Assembly: GCA_963674695.2 (NCBI GenBank)
Contig: CAXXGI010000003.1
Coordinates: 1,027,658 to 1,091,657 of the forward strand
Source of the DNA: a bacterium
Lineage (GTDB): Bacteria > UBA10199 > 2-02-FULL-44-16 > JAAZCA01
Reading direction: 5' to 3'
DNA length: 64,000 bases
Positions 47,983-57,538 of this stretch are shown here, piece by piece; the first letter of the stretch is position 1; each line of letters begins with the position of its first letter. Both the position numbers and the translations under genes were made by a program. Below the pieces are notes generated by a model. That model was not told where the DNA came from. It did no database searches and saw nothing but the letters and a program-made list of their open reading frames with translations.

Positions 47983-50769
47983 ATGATCCGTCTTCGCCCT
48001 CTGCGACCCCTCATCCGAACCAGCCGAACACACGCAGGATGGGCGCCAAAACGCGTCCTTCTCGCACTCGCGGCGACAACGATCGTAGCCCTCCTGCTGT
48101 TGGCGAGCGGACCCGCCCGCAGCGAGGCGAACCTGCAAAGCCTTACGCTCATCGATCGCACCCTGCGGGCGATCGACCGCCACTATCTCGATCCCGATCG
48201 CGTCCAACCGGCCAAGATGCTCTCCTCTGCAATCGAGGAGATCGAACAGATGGTGCCGGAAATACTCGTCACCGACAAAGATCAACCACACTTCACCCTG
48301 ACCGTCGGACTGGCGTCGAAACGCATCGCGCAGCGCCCGATGCGCACGGTGAGCGATCTCGATCGCGTGCTGCGCGAAACACTCACCTTTATCGGCAAGC
48401 AGTATCACGGCGATGTTGAATTTGACGACATCGTCTATGCCGGCATCGACGGCATGTTGCGCATGCTTGATCCGCATTCCAATTTCCTCTCCCCCAAGGT
48501 GTACAAAGAATTTCAGGTCGGTACGCGCGGAAAATTTGGCGGTCTCGGCATTGTCGTCACGATCAAAGACGGATGGCTCACCGTCATCGCGCCGCTCGAA
48601 AATACACCCGCGGAAAACGCGGGCATCAAGGCCGGCGATCGCATCATCCAGATCGGCGATGAATCGACGATCAATATGTCGCTCACCGATGCCGTCAACC
48701 GTCTGCGCGGTGACGTCGATACGAAGATCACCATCACCATCGAACGCGAAGGAAAATCTCCACGGGAGGTGACGCTCACGCGCGCCGTGATCAACATCGA
48801 GAGCGTGCAGCATGCCATCCTTATGCACGAAGACAAACGCATCGGGTACCTCCGGGTGAAGAGCTTTCAGGCCAACACCATCGCCGATGTGCGTACGGCG
48901 TTGGCGGCCTTCCATGCAGAAGGCAAGGCGCTCGACGGAATGGTCCTCGACATGCGCAACAATCCGGGAGGACTGCTCGGCGTCGCGGTGGAGTTGACCA
49001 ACCACTTCCTGCGCAAGGGGACGATCGTCAGCACCGTCGGCGCGCACGACCGGCTGCTCGACCGGGACGTCGCCACGGCGCCGGGAACGGAACCGGACTA
49101 TCCGATCGTCGTCCTCATCAATGAAGGGAGCGCCTCAGCCTCCGAGATCGTCGCCGGCGCGCTGCAGGCTGATGATCGCGCCATCATCATGGGAGGGCGC
49201 TCCTTCGGTAAGGGCTCGGTGCAGACGATCTTCGAACTCGGACTCGATGCAGCGCTCAAGCTCACGATCGCTCAATACAAGGCGGCCGGAACCGAGTCGA
49301 TCCAACTCGTCGGCGTAACCCCCGACGTGGAGATCCTGCCCGTCGTCGTCGATGCCAAGAGCATGAACCTCAAACGCGATGTACTGACGAACGAGAGCGA
49401 CCTCGATGAACACCTGGGAAACCTACGGGCGAAGGGGAATACGCCTCAAGCAAAGAGCCCCTTCAGCGTTCCCCATCTCACGCCGAAGGAGAACGACGAC
49501 GACCGTGAGGCACGATCGATCCGCGACTATGCCAAGAAACCAAAGATCGACGACGACTTCATGGTGACGCTCGCGCGCACGCTCATCCTTAACGATGGCG
49601 CCGGCACGCGCACAGCAATGCTCGGCCGCATCGCACCGTCGATCGAAACCGCACGGCAGGCACAGCAACAGAAGATCGCCGCTGCCCTCAAGACCTTCGA
49701 CATCGATTGGAACGTGACCCCCGCGGCGGGAACACCAAAGCTCTCGCTCTCATACCGTCTCCTCTCCGGCGGAAAACCGGTTGCGCGCGCGCGTGCCGGC
49801 TCAACCGTCGAGATCGAACTGACCGCGACCAACACCGGCGCCGGGCCCTACAGCCAACTCATCGGCGTGGGGCAATCCAAAGAGACGCCTTTCCTGAGCA
49901 ACCGCGAATTCCCCTTCGGCTTTATCGCACCGGGAAAGACGCAGCGATGGCGCACGCCGATCGAGCTGCCGGAAAATCTTTCGCGGCAAACGCTCACCAT
50001 GCCCATCGATTTTGATGAAGCCCACGGAAACATCCCCGAACCGATCGATGTGAAGATTCCCATCGAAGCGATCGATCCGCCGGCATTCGCCTTCAGTTAT
50101 CGTCTGACCGGAACCAAATCGAACCAGACGCTGGCCACCGGGAAAACGATCGGCTTGATCGCCGACATCGCCAACGTCGGCGATGGTGCCAGCTCGGAGG
50201 AGACCTTCGCCACGCTCGGAAACGACTGCGGAGAAAAATTCTTCATCGAAACGGGTCGCGCCAAGATCGGCCGCATCCCCCCGACGGGGACACGCCGCAC
50301 ACACTTTCGGTTTCACCTGAGCCCGGGGCTGATAAACCCGGAATGCAAGATGACGCTGACCGTCGCCGACATCAAGCGGATCACGGTCCTCACCGACGAT
50401 ATCGCCATCTCCATCCCGGATGGAGAACTCACACCACCACAAAAACGAAGCTATCAATCGCCGCGCATCACGATCGTCGCCGCTCCTGCACAGACCGCGG
50501 CCACGGAGGCCATGCTCGTCGGAACCATCGAGGGCACTTTCCCCATCCGCGATTACTTCGTCTTCGTGGGAGAGAAAAAGATCGCCTACGAACCGAACGC
50601 GCAGCGCGGAACGACCATGCCCATTTCCGCCACGATCCCGCTCGAAAAGGGAAACAACCGAATCATCATCGGAGCGCGCAACACCCACGACCTGATGTCG
50701 CGGAAAATCCTGGTCATCGAGCGAACGGAAGCGACGACAAACAAAAAAACCGTTCCCCCGGTAAAATAG
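47983..50769 (+). CDS. S41 C-terminal processing peptidase (PDZ) with long C-terminal extension
   Basis: LDPHS, GGLGI, DMRNNPGG, SASASEIVAG, SFGKGSVQ; start uncertain. Confidence 0.88.
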   Translation: MIRLRPLRPLIRTSRTHAGWAPKRVLLALAATTIVALLLLASGPARSEANLQSLTLIDRTLRAIDRHYLDPDRVQPAKMLSSAIEEIEQMVPEILVTDKDQPHFTLTVGLASKRIAQRPMRTVSDLDRVLRETLTFIGKQYHGDVEFDDIVYAGIDGMLRMLDPHSNFLSPKVYKEFQVGTRGKFGGLGIVVTIKDGWLTVIAPLENTPAENAGIKAGDRIIQIGDESTINMSLTDAVNRLRGDVDTKITITIEREGKSPREVTLTRAVINIESVQHAILMHEDKRIGYLRVKSFQANTIADVRTALAAFHAEGKALDGMVLDMRNNPGGLLGVAVELTNHFLRKGTIVSTVGAHDRLLDRDVATAPGTEPDYPIVVLINEGSASASEIVAGALQADDRAIIMGGRSFGKGSVQTIFELGLDAALKLTIAQYKAAGTESIQLVGVTPDVEILPVVVDAKSMNLKRDVLTNESDLDEHLGNLRAKGNTPQAKSPFSVPHLTPKENDDDREARSIRDYAKKPKIDDDFMVTLARTLILNDGAGTRTAMLGRIAPSIETARQAQQQKIAAALKTFDIDWNVTPAAGTPKLSLSYRLLSGGKPVARARAGSTVEIELTATNTGAGPYSQLIGVGQSKETPFLSNREFPFGFIAPGKTQRWRTPIELPENLSRQTLTMPIDFDEAHGNIPEPIDVKIPIEAIDPPAFAFSYRLTGTKSNQTLATGKTIGLIADIANVGDGASSEETFATLGNDCGEKFFIETGRAKIGRIPPTGTRRTHFRFHLSPGLINPECKMTLTVADIKRITVLTDDIAISIPDGELTPPQKRSYQSPRITIVAAPAQTAATEAMLVGTIEGTFPIRDYFVFVGEKKIAYEPNAQRGTTMPISATIPLEKGNNRIIIGARNTHDLMSRKILVIERTEATTNKKTVPPVK

Positions 50770-50788
50770 AGAGGCCAAGCCTTTTCAC

Positions 50789-51718
50789 ATGAGAGTCATC
50801 GACGGATCAGAATGCGTTTCACCAGAGATCGGCAACACCGCCGTGGCGTTGGGCACCTTCGATGGCGTTCACATCGGCCATCAGCGGCTGATCGCGCGCT
50901 GCATCCAAGCGGCCAAACGCCACAACCACCGTGCCGTCGCCTATACGTTCGAGCCCCACCCGGTGCACGTGCTCTCCCCGCACGACTGTCCGCCGCTCCT
51001 GCAAAACCGCCAGCAGAAGCTCGCCTCCCTCGAGGCGACGGGAATCGACGTCTGCATCGTCGAGCCCTTCACGCGCGCCCTCATCGAGCAGGAACCCGCG
51101 GCATTCTTTCGCACCGTACTGCTCGAACGGCTGCACGCACAGACGGTCGTGGTCGGATACGATTTCACCTTCGGGCTGCACCGTTCGGGAACGGCGGAGG
51201 TCCTGGAAGAACTGGGCCGAACACACGGCATCGAGGTGATCATCCTCGAGGCACAGTTCATCGACGACACGCTCATCAGCTCGACGGCCATCCGCCACAT
51301 GATCGCGCGCGGCGATGTCGCCGATGCTGCGCTGTTGTTGGGACGCGCCCATCGGATCGAAGGAGGGGTGGTCGGCGGCCGCGGCATCGGAGGAGCACTT
51401 GCCGCCCACACCGCCAACATCGAGACGACGAGCGAATGTGTCCCGGCAAACGGCGTCTATCTCACGAGCACGATCGTCCCCACAGAGGGGATCCTGCCTT
51501 CGATCACGAGCATCGGCGACAATCCGACCTTTCCGAAGGCGCCCTATGCGATCGAGACGCACATCATCGACCGGGAAATCGATCTGCTCGGGCAACAGAT
51601 CGCCATCGACTTCATCGATCGCATGCGCGATCAGATCGCGTTTGAAACGCAAGACGCCCTCAAGAAACAGATCGCCCTCGACATCGCCGCCGCCCGAAAA
51701 CGACATCGAAGCGAATGA
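50789..51718 (+). CDS. ribF: Riboflavin kinase / FAD synthetase
   Basis: GTFDGVHIGH, GYDFTFG, ISST.IR, TAN, G.NPT, ETH. Confidence 0.93.
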   Translation: MRVIDGSECVSPEIGNTAVALGTFDGVHIGHQRLIARCIQAAKRHNHRAVAYTFEPHPVHVLSPHDCPPLLQNRQQKLASLEATGIDVCIVEPFTRALIEQEPAAFFRTVLLERLHAQTVVVGYDFTFGLHRSGTAEVLEELGRTHGIEVIILEAQFIDDTLISSTAIRHMIARGDVADAALLLGRAHRIEGGVVGGRGIGGALAAHTANIETTSECVPANGVYLTSTIVPTEGILPSITSIGDNPTFPKAPYAIETHIIDREIDLLGQQIAIDFIDRMRDQIAFETQDALKKQIALDIAAARKRHRSE

Positions 51719-51732
51719 CATATGGGCACCTC

Positions 51733-51819
51733 TGATGAGCCGCCGCGAGGGGAGCATGGAGCCCTTTTTTACAGGTTCATCGGAAAAAAGGTCTCCATGC
51801 TCCCCGGAAGGCGGCATCA
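51733..51819 (+). repeat. Dispersed hairpin element family A, copy 4
   Basis: CGCC GCGA GGGG AGCATGGAG...ACAGGTTCA...CTCCATGCT CCCC GGAA GGCG. Confidence 0.78.
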
Positions 51820-51835
51820 ATAAACGGAGTTTATT

Positions 51836-52558
51836 ATGGCTGACATCACCTTCGATCCCCCGACGATTATCGGCGCCCTGCTCCCTCCCGGAGGAACAAT
51901 TCCAAAAGAGATGACGCAGGCGTTCGCTCGACACAAGCGTGTCTTCGCCCTGCTCCCCTTCGAAGTGGAGAAACGCTTCCTCAAGAATACGCTGGCCTGC
52001 ATGCGCCTGATGGACATCGCCGGCCTCATCCTCTGCGATGAACATCGCACACAGATCGCCCGCCACCTCTCGCACCTGGACCGCCGTGCCCAGCGAGCGG
52101 GATGGGTCGACGCGATCGCGCTCAAGGGAAAAACGCTGTGTGGGTTCAATCTGTTTGGGCAGCTCTGCCTCGACCTGATGCGGGAACGGGGTGCCTCCGA
52201 AAACGTTTTGCTGATCGGTGAAAGCGACTGGCATCGCCCCATCGCCGGCGCGCTGCTCGATGCCGGATGGAGCGTTCGCGCCCTCTCTGCGGGAAGAAAC
52301 CTCCCTCGCGGCGTGCGGCGCATTCGGTCGCTTCCCGACGCGAACGACGCACCGGCAGCGATCATCCGGGGCTGTCTGCCCCGCACGCCCATGAAGCGAC
52401 TCGAAACCCTTCTGCGTGAAATCCCCGCACTGACGATGATCGATCTCGACGACAAGAGTGCCCTGACCATCCCCCGGCGCCATCGACGCATCAGCTCCCG
52501 GGTACTCAAGCGCCAATATGGCCGAAAAACAGACATTTTTTTGACATCTCAAAAATGA
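51836..52558 (+). CDS. Degenerate shikimate-dehydrogenase-like protein
   Basis: LDRRAQRAGWVDAI...LCGFN resembles AroE A..IGAVNTI...G.NTD, but key residues are changed. Confidence 0.45.
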   Translation: MADITFDPPTIIGALLPPGGTIPKEMTQAFARHKRVFALLPFEVEKRFLKNTLACMRLMDIAGLILCDEHRTQIARHLSHLDRRAQRAGWVDAIALKGKTLCGFNLFGQLCLDLMRERGASENVLLIGESDWHRPIAGALLDAGWSVRALSAGRNLPRGVRRIRSLPDANDAPAAIIRGCLPRTPMKRLETLLREIPALTMIDLDDKSALTIPRRHRRISSRVLKRQYGRKTDIFLTSQK

Positions 52559-52720
52559 CGACAACAGCGCGTTTATAAAGCACTTATTTCAAAGCCGCTT
52601 CAAAACCCCCCATAATTACCGTTGAGAAATACCCGTAAGCGAAATGAATGCCCCACCCGAAAACGCTATTTCACCAGTCATTTCAATGGAATACGACAGC
52701 GCCCCGCAAACGGCCATCTT

Positions 52721-52735
52721 TGGCACGCCACTTGT
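52721..52735 (+). promoter_or_regulatory. Sigma-54 promoter for the response regulator
   Basis: TGGCACG-CCAC-TTGT. Confidence 0.6.
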
Positions 52736-52761
52736 AGGAACAAAAGAGCAGGGGGCGCCAT

Positions 52762-53229
52762 ATGCGGTGTCAAATCGGAGAGGAAGCGCCGGAAATACTG
52801 ATCGTCGAGGATGACAGCACCTTCCTCTCGTTCTGGGGAAGACTCCTCAAAGATCTCGGGGTACGGGGATTCGAATTGGTCTCCACGCCCAAGGAGGCCC
52901 AGGATGCGATCCTGTCGCATCGCTATCGATTGATCGTCAGCGACATCAACATGCCCGGCATCAATGGATATGAATTGGCGAAACTCGCCTGCAACATCAA
53001 CCCGGACAGTCGCATCATCCTGACCACGGCCTACAGCACGGACCTGTCGCGTTTCGATCTCGAGAACTGCCAATTTCATCTGCTGCACAAACCCTATCTC
53101 AACATCTCGGACCTCAAGAAGTTCATCCAGCATATGCTCGACGGGGATGATTCGTTCGACGACCTGTCGGAGGATTCTTTTTCGGAGAGCAACGAGGATT
53201 ATCCGGATGTGATGGAGTGGAAGCTCTGA
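52762..53229 (+). CDS. Single-domain response regulator
   Basis: ILIVEDD, SDINMPGING, TA, KP. Confidence 0.9.
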   Translation: MRCQIGEEAPEILIVEDDSTFLSFWGRLLKDLGVRGFELVSTPKEAQDAILSHRYRLIVSDINMPGINGYELAKLACNINPDSRIILTTAYSTDLSRFDLENCQFHLLHKPYLNISDLKKFIQHMLDGDDSFDDLSEDSFSESNEDYPDVMEWKL

Positions 53230-54070
53230 TCGTCAAAATCGAACGTCACCACACTGTTCGGTCCCATCTGAGAAAACGCGATCTTCCATCCGAGAATCAT
53301 TTGGACGGAATGCAGGGCCCGATCGACGGGATCGAATGGGTCTAAAATCTCGGAGAAAATCCCCCGTCGCATGGGGTTCTGGGTCAGACCCAGGAGGCGT
53401 TCCATCGGCAGGCGGAGCTGCAGACGAGCCCCATCCCATTCGGTATCGATGGCCGCCTCGATGAGAGGAAAAGAGATCCACTCGGCAAGCTCCATTCGCG
53501 CATGCGTCGTCTGAGCGCTTCGCCCCGTCATCAACTCGATCACTTTCGGGGTATCAGCTGCCGCAACGTTTCGAGCGATCGGCGCGAGCGCCGACGCACG
53601 AGGACCATCGGGGTATCCCCTCATATCCAACAGCTCCAAGCCACCCCGCACTACCGTCATCGGCTGTCCATAGCTGGAGGCATAGTGACCGAGAAGACTT
53701 CGAAATGCGGGGTTCTTCTCCCCCAAATACATTTGGACACCTTTCAACCAGTCCGCGCGCCCCTTCATCCATTCGTTCATCTCCTGAATGGATGGCGAGG
53801 TCACATACGTTGGATTCTGCATCCGCTGCGCCACGATACCAACGATGCGATCGACCTCGGTGAAGAGCTGCTCCGCAGCACCGAGCACCGTCTCGTCCGT
53901 ATAGTCGGGGACGAATTCGACGTCCGTCTCAACCTCGAAGGACGGAGCCGTCCCGACCTCCTCCCAGGGTTTGGCAACGGGACCGAGGCCGGCCTCCAGG
54001 GCCGCAACGTTGAGCAAGCCAACATCCTGAAGGCCGGGGATCGCTATCGATGAAGAAAGAGGTGTCATCA
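53199..54070 (-). CDS. Hypothetical protein
   Basis: Long ORF with lower GC; start uncertain. Confidence 0.45.
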
Positions 54071-54160
54071 TTGAAGTCTTATCGCGCTGTGCACCATAAA
54101 GTTGCGTCTTTTCTTCTTTGCCCAGAAGGAGAAGAAAAGCCGCGCAAAAACAGCCTGTTA

Positions 54161-57100
54161 TCAAATTGGAACCAGACCAGCGAACTCGGCGATGAGGCGT
54201 TTGGTCTGCCCGCCGGCGAACTGCACGACGACTTTATGCCCCGCACTGGTGCGCTCGCAGGTCTGAATCACCCCTTTGCCGAAGGTGGGATGATGCACGC
54301 GCAGCCCCTTGCCGAAGGCCGCGGCCACCTCGTCGGCCGGGCGCTGATCGAAACCGAACTCGTCGATCATGGTTCGTGGTTCGTTGTTCGTCGATCGTGG
54401 TTCGTGGTTCGTTGTTTCGAATGACGAACGACGAGCCACGAGTGACGAGTGACGAGTGACGTACTTCGCGTCGATCTCGTCGAGAAAACGCGAGACGACA
54501 TTGTAGCGTTCGCTCCCGAAGAGGCGCCGACGGAAGGCATGGCTTAAGGTGAGCACCTCCTGGGCGCGCGTCATCCCGACATAGCAGAGACGACGTTCCT
54601 CTTCGAGGGCATCGGGATCATCGAGCGAACGCGCATGTGGAAAGAGCCCCTCCTCCATCCCGACCATGAAGACGGCGGGAAACTCCAGCCCCTTGGCCAG
54701 ATGCAGCGTCATCATCGTCACCGCCCCCTGCGTTTCGTCGACCGCATCGGAGTCGGAGACGAGCGCCACCTGGTCGAGAAATTGGGAGAGCGCGGAGCCG
54801 ACCATATTGGGGTCGGCATCGAACTCCTCGACGGCCGTGATCAACTCGTTGATGTTCTCCAGGCGTGCCTCGGCCTCGATGCTCGACACCGCCGTGAGCG
54901 CTTCGACATACCCCGTGCGATCGAGGAGATCGTGCAGGAGCGTCCCGAGCGGACGATCGGTGCACCCGTCGCGCAGGCCCGCGATGAGATCCCGAAAGAG
55001 GCGCAGCTTCTTGATCGGCGCCGCCCCCAGCTCTCCCCCGGCGGCAGCCGCATCGATCGCCTCGACCAATGAAAGCCCACGGCTCTCACCGACAGCCGCC
55101 AGCCTCTCGATCGTGGTCTTTCCGATGCCGCGCGCCGGCACGTTGACGATGCGGCGAAAGCCGACGTCGTCGTTCGGATCGGCGATGAGGCGCAGATAGG
55201 CCAGCACATCCTTGACCTCGGCGCGTTCGTAGAAACGGATGCCACCGTAGATGCGATAGGCGATTCCCTCGGCGCGAAAGATCTCTTCGAAGGGCCGCGA
55301 CTGCGCGTTCGTGCGATAGAACAGGGCCACATCGCGAAGAGTGCGCCCCTTATTTTGAAGCGCTTTGATCCGCCGCGCAATCTCCTCGGCCTCGCGCCGC
55401 TCGGATTCGCAGGTCAAAATCTGCACCGGCTCACCGCGAGGATTTTCCGTCCAGAGCGATTTGGATTTGCGCCCCGCATTGTTGGAGACCACGCTCTCGG
55501 CCGAGCCCAGGATCGCCTGCGTACAGCGATAGTTCTGCTCGAGCCGCACCACGACTGCGCCGGGAAAATCCTTCTCGAAGCGCAGGATGTTGGAGACATC
55601 CGCCCCGCGCCAACCGTAGACCGAATTGTGCGTAACGATTCCATCCGCAATAAAATTGTGGGTACGCTCGACATTGAGATCATAGACCGCCTTGTGAAGC
55701 GCCTTCCGCTCCACTCGCTCGACGATGTCATAACCACCATCCTCGGAAAACATGGCCATTCCCGGCATAACGGAAGCAGCGGGCAAGAAGGGAAGTGAAT
55801 TCGCCCCCGATCGCTCTCCGTCGGGTGCACCGAGGCGCGCTACGTAAAATGCATTCACATCGAAAACCGTTCGGATCTTCTTCACGATATCATGAATACG
55901 CCCATAGTCGGCGTTTGCCGTCTCGAACCTCCAGCTCTTTGACCCCTGTTTGGCCGCTCGGACGGACAACCCCAGGGCCTCGAGCTTGGATCTCCCCTCG
56001 GCATCATTCCCAACGATGGAAATCCGATGCATCGGCGAACGGCCTCTTCGATCCCCACACAACGTCACCACCACGTTCCGTCGAATGGAGTTGCGCGAAC
56101 GCGGTCGATGATGGGCGTGCTCCATCGACAATCCTCGATCGGCGAGAAGACGCCGCGCGCTCGCCTCCGTATCGAACGCACTGAAGATACGCTCGATATA
56201 CCGCGGATCGTGCACGAGTCCACCTCGGCTCTTTGTCTTTCGCGGCACAAAAGGGATCGTCGGCAACTGGTATTCGAGGGAGAGAAGATACTCCTCAGCC
56301 CGCGCTTCATTCTCGCTGGAGTGCGTCCCGATCACCCACAGGGCATCGGCGTGCTCATGCAACAGGCGCTGCTTGAAGCCCACCATCGGCTTGACCTGTC
56401 CTGCCGTATAGACCTGACTCGTACCGAGACGCCAGCCAACACCTCGTTTCTGCATTACATACGTGAAATACTGTTGGGGAACGAGACCCAGCCGATATCC
56501 CGCGAAATGAACGTGTTCAGCCGAGCTGATCAATGTTCGCCCCGATCGAAGGTGGAGGATAACCCCCTCACCATCGTAGTTGTTCTTGAATGTGCAGCTC
56601 ACTCGGGCAGGGCGAAAGTCTCCACTCCCGTAGCAGGAAAGAACCTCATCCCCTTCGCGAACCTTCTCGATCGGTCGCTGCGAACCATCGCCCATCGTCA
56701 CGATCGTTCCGGCAACCAGGCACTGATCGTCGTCGCCGACCACGCAGATGTTGTGGTGCGCGCTCGCGAGCTGCTGCACCAGACGATACTGCGCGTGGTT
56801 CGTGTCCTGGTATTCATCGACGAGGATGTAACGCCACCGATGCTGATAGGATGCAAGCGTCTCCGGATGTTCGTCGAAGAGCCGCACGACCAACCGAATG
56901 AGATCGCCGAAGTCCATCGCGCCCAGCGCGAGCAGGCGCTCCTGATAGCGCGTATAGACGCGCGCGACGCGCTCGAGATAGGGGTTGGACCCCGTCGTCG
57001 CCGCGAATGCCGCCGCGTTCTGACAGGAATCCTTGGCGCGACTGATGCGCTCGAGAACCGAGCGCGGCGGAAAGCGTTTCGTATCCAGGTTGAGGTACGT

Positions 57101-57460
57101 CAGGCATTCCTTGATGAGAACGAGTTGATCGGAGCTATCGTAGACGACGAAGTTCGATCCATAGCCCAACAGTTCGGCGTTGCGCCGAAGCAGGCGCAGA
57201 CAGACCGAGTGAAACGTCCCCACCGCCAGTTCGCGCGCCGCCGGACCCACGAGCGCCTCCAGCCGCCGTCGCATCTCTCCGGCCGCCTTGTTCGTGAAGG
57301 TCACCGCCAAGACCTGCGAGGGCCAGGCGACATTCGACGCGATGAGATGGGCCACGCGCGACACGAGCACGCGCGTCTTGCCGCTGCCGGGACCGGCCAG
57401 CACCAGAATCGGCCCGTCGACATGTTCGACGGCCTGTTGTTGAGGAGGATTGAGGTTCAT
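54161..57460 (-). CDS. pcrA: PcrA/UvrD DNA helicase containing an intein
   Basis: AGPGSGKT, TFTNKAA, DEYQD, GDDDQ|intein|SVYGWRGA, LEQNYR, KGLEF, EERRL; start revised to MNLNPP. Confidence 0.93.
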   Translation of the reverse strand: MNLNPPQQQAVEHVDGPILVLAGPGSGKTRVLVSRVAHLIASNVAWPSQVLAVTFTNKAAGEMRRRLEALVGPAARELAVGTFHSVCLRLLRRNAELLGYGSNFVVYDSSDQLVLIKECLTYLNLDTKRFPPRSVLERISRAKDSCQNAAAFAATTGSNPYLERVARVYTRYQERLLALGAMDFGDLIRLVVRLFDEHPETLASYQHRWRYILVDEYQDTNHAQYRLVQQLASAHHNICVVGDDDQCLVAGTIVTMGDGSQRPIEKVREGDEVLSCYGSGDFRPARVSCTFKNNYDGEGVILHLRSGRTLISSAEHVHFAGYRLGLVPQQYFTYVMQKRGVGWRLGTSQVYTAGQVKPMVGFKQRLLHEHADALWVIGTHSSENEARAEEYLLSLEYQLPTIPFVPRKTKSRGGLVHDPRYIERIFSAFDTEASARRLLADRGLSMEHAHHRPRSRNSIRRNVVVTLCGDRRGRSPMHRISIVGNDAEGRSKLEALGLSVRAAKQGSKSWRFETANADYGRIHDIVKKIRTVFDVNAFYVARLGAPDGERSGANSLPFLPAASVMPGMAMFSEDGGYDIVERVERKALHKAVYDLNVERTHNFIADGIVTHNSVYGWRGADVSNILRFEKDFPGAVVVRLEQNYRCTQAILGSAESVVSNNAGRKSKSLWTENPRGEPVQILTCESERREAEEIARRIKALQNKGRTLRDVALFYRTNAQSRPFEEIFRAEGIAYRIYGGIRFYERAEVKDVLAYLRLIADPNDDVGFRRIVNVPARGIGKTTIERLAAVGESRGLSLVEAIDAAAAGGELGAAPIKKLRLFRDLIAGLRDGCTDRPLGTLLHDLLDRTGYVEALTAVSSIEAEARLENINELITAVEEFDADPNMVGSALSQFLDQVALVSDSDAVDETQGAVTMMTLHLAKGLEFPAVFMVGMEEGLFPHARSLDDPDALEEERRLCYVGMTRAQEVLTLSHAFRRRLFGSERYNVVSRFLDEIDAKYVTRHSSLVARRSSFETTNHEPRSTNNEPRTMIDEFGFDQRPADEVAAAFGKGLRVHHPTFGKGVIQTCERTSAGHKVVVQFAGGQTKRLIAEFAGLVPI
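54370..54461 (-). repeat. In-frame pair of 7-bp arrays in the PcrA C-terminal linker
   Basis: Encodes VTRHSSLVARRSSFETTNHEPRSTNNEPRT. Confidence 0.8.
55625..56722 (-). mobile_element. Intein (366 aa) in PcrA helicase motif III
   Basis: Starts CLVAGT, block B SAEH, ends VYDLNVERTHNFIADGIVTHN, +1 Ser; splicing restores GDDDQSVYGWRGA. Confidence 0.92.
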
Positions 57461-57462
57461 TC

Positions 57463-57538
57463 GTCCGATAGTCCGATGGTCCGATAGTTCGATGGTGAAG
57501 GACAAACCGACGAACCATCGCACTATCGAACTATTCCA
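57463..57538 (-). repeat. Inverted 8-bp junction array between glmS and pcrA
   Basis: Sense: TAGttcgatagtgcgatggttcgtcggt...accatcgaactatcggaccatcggactatcggacgaATG. Confidence 0.85.
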
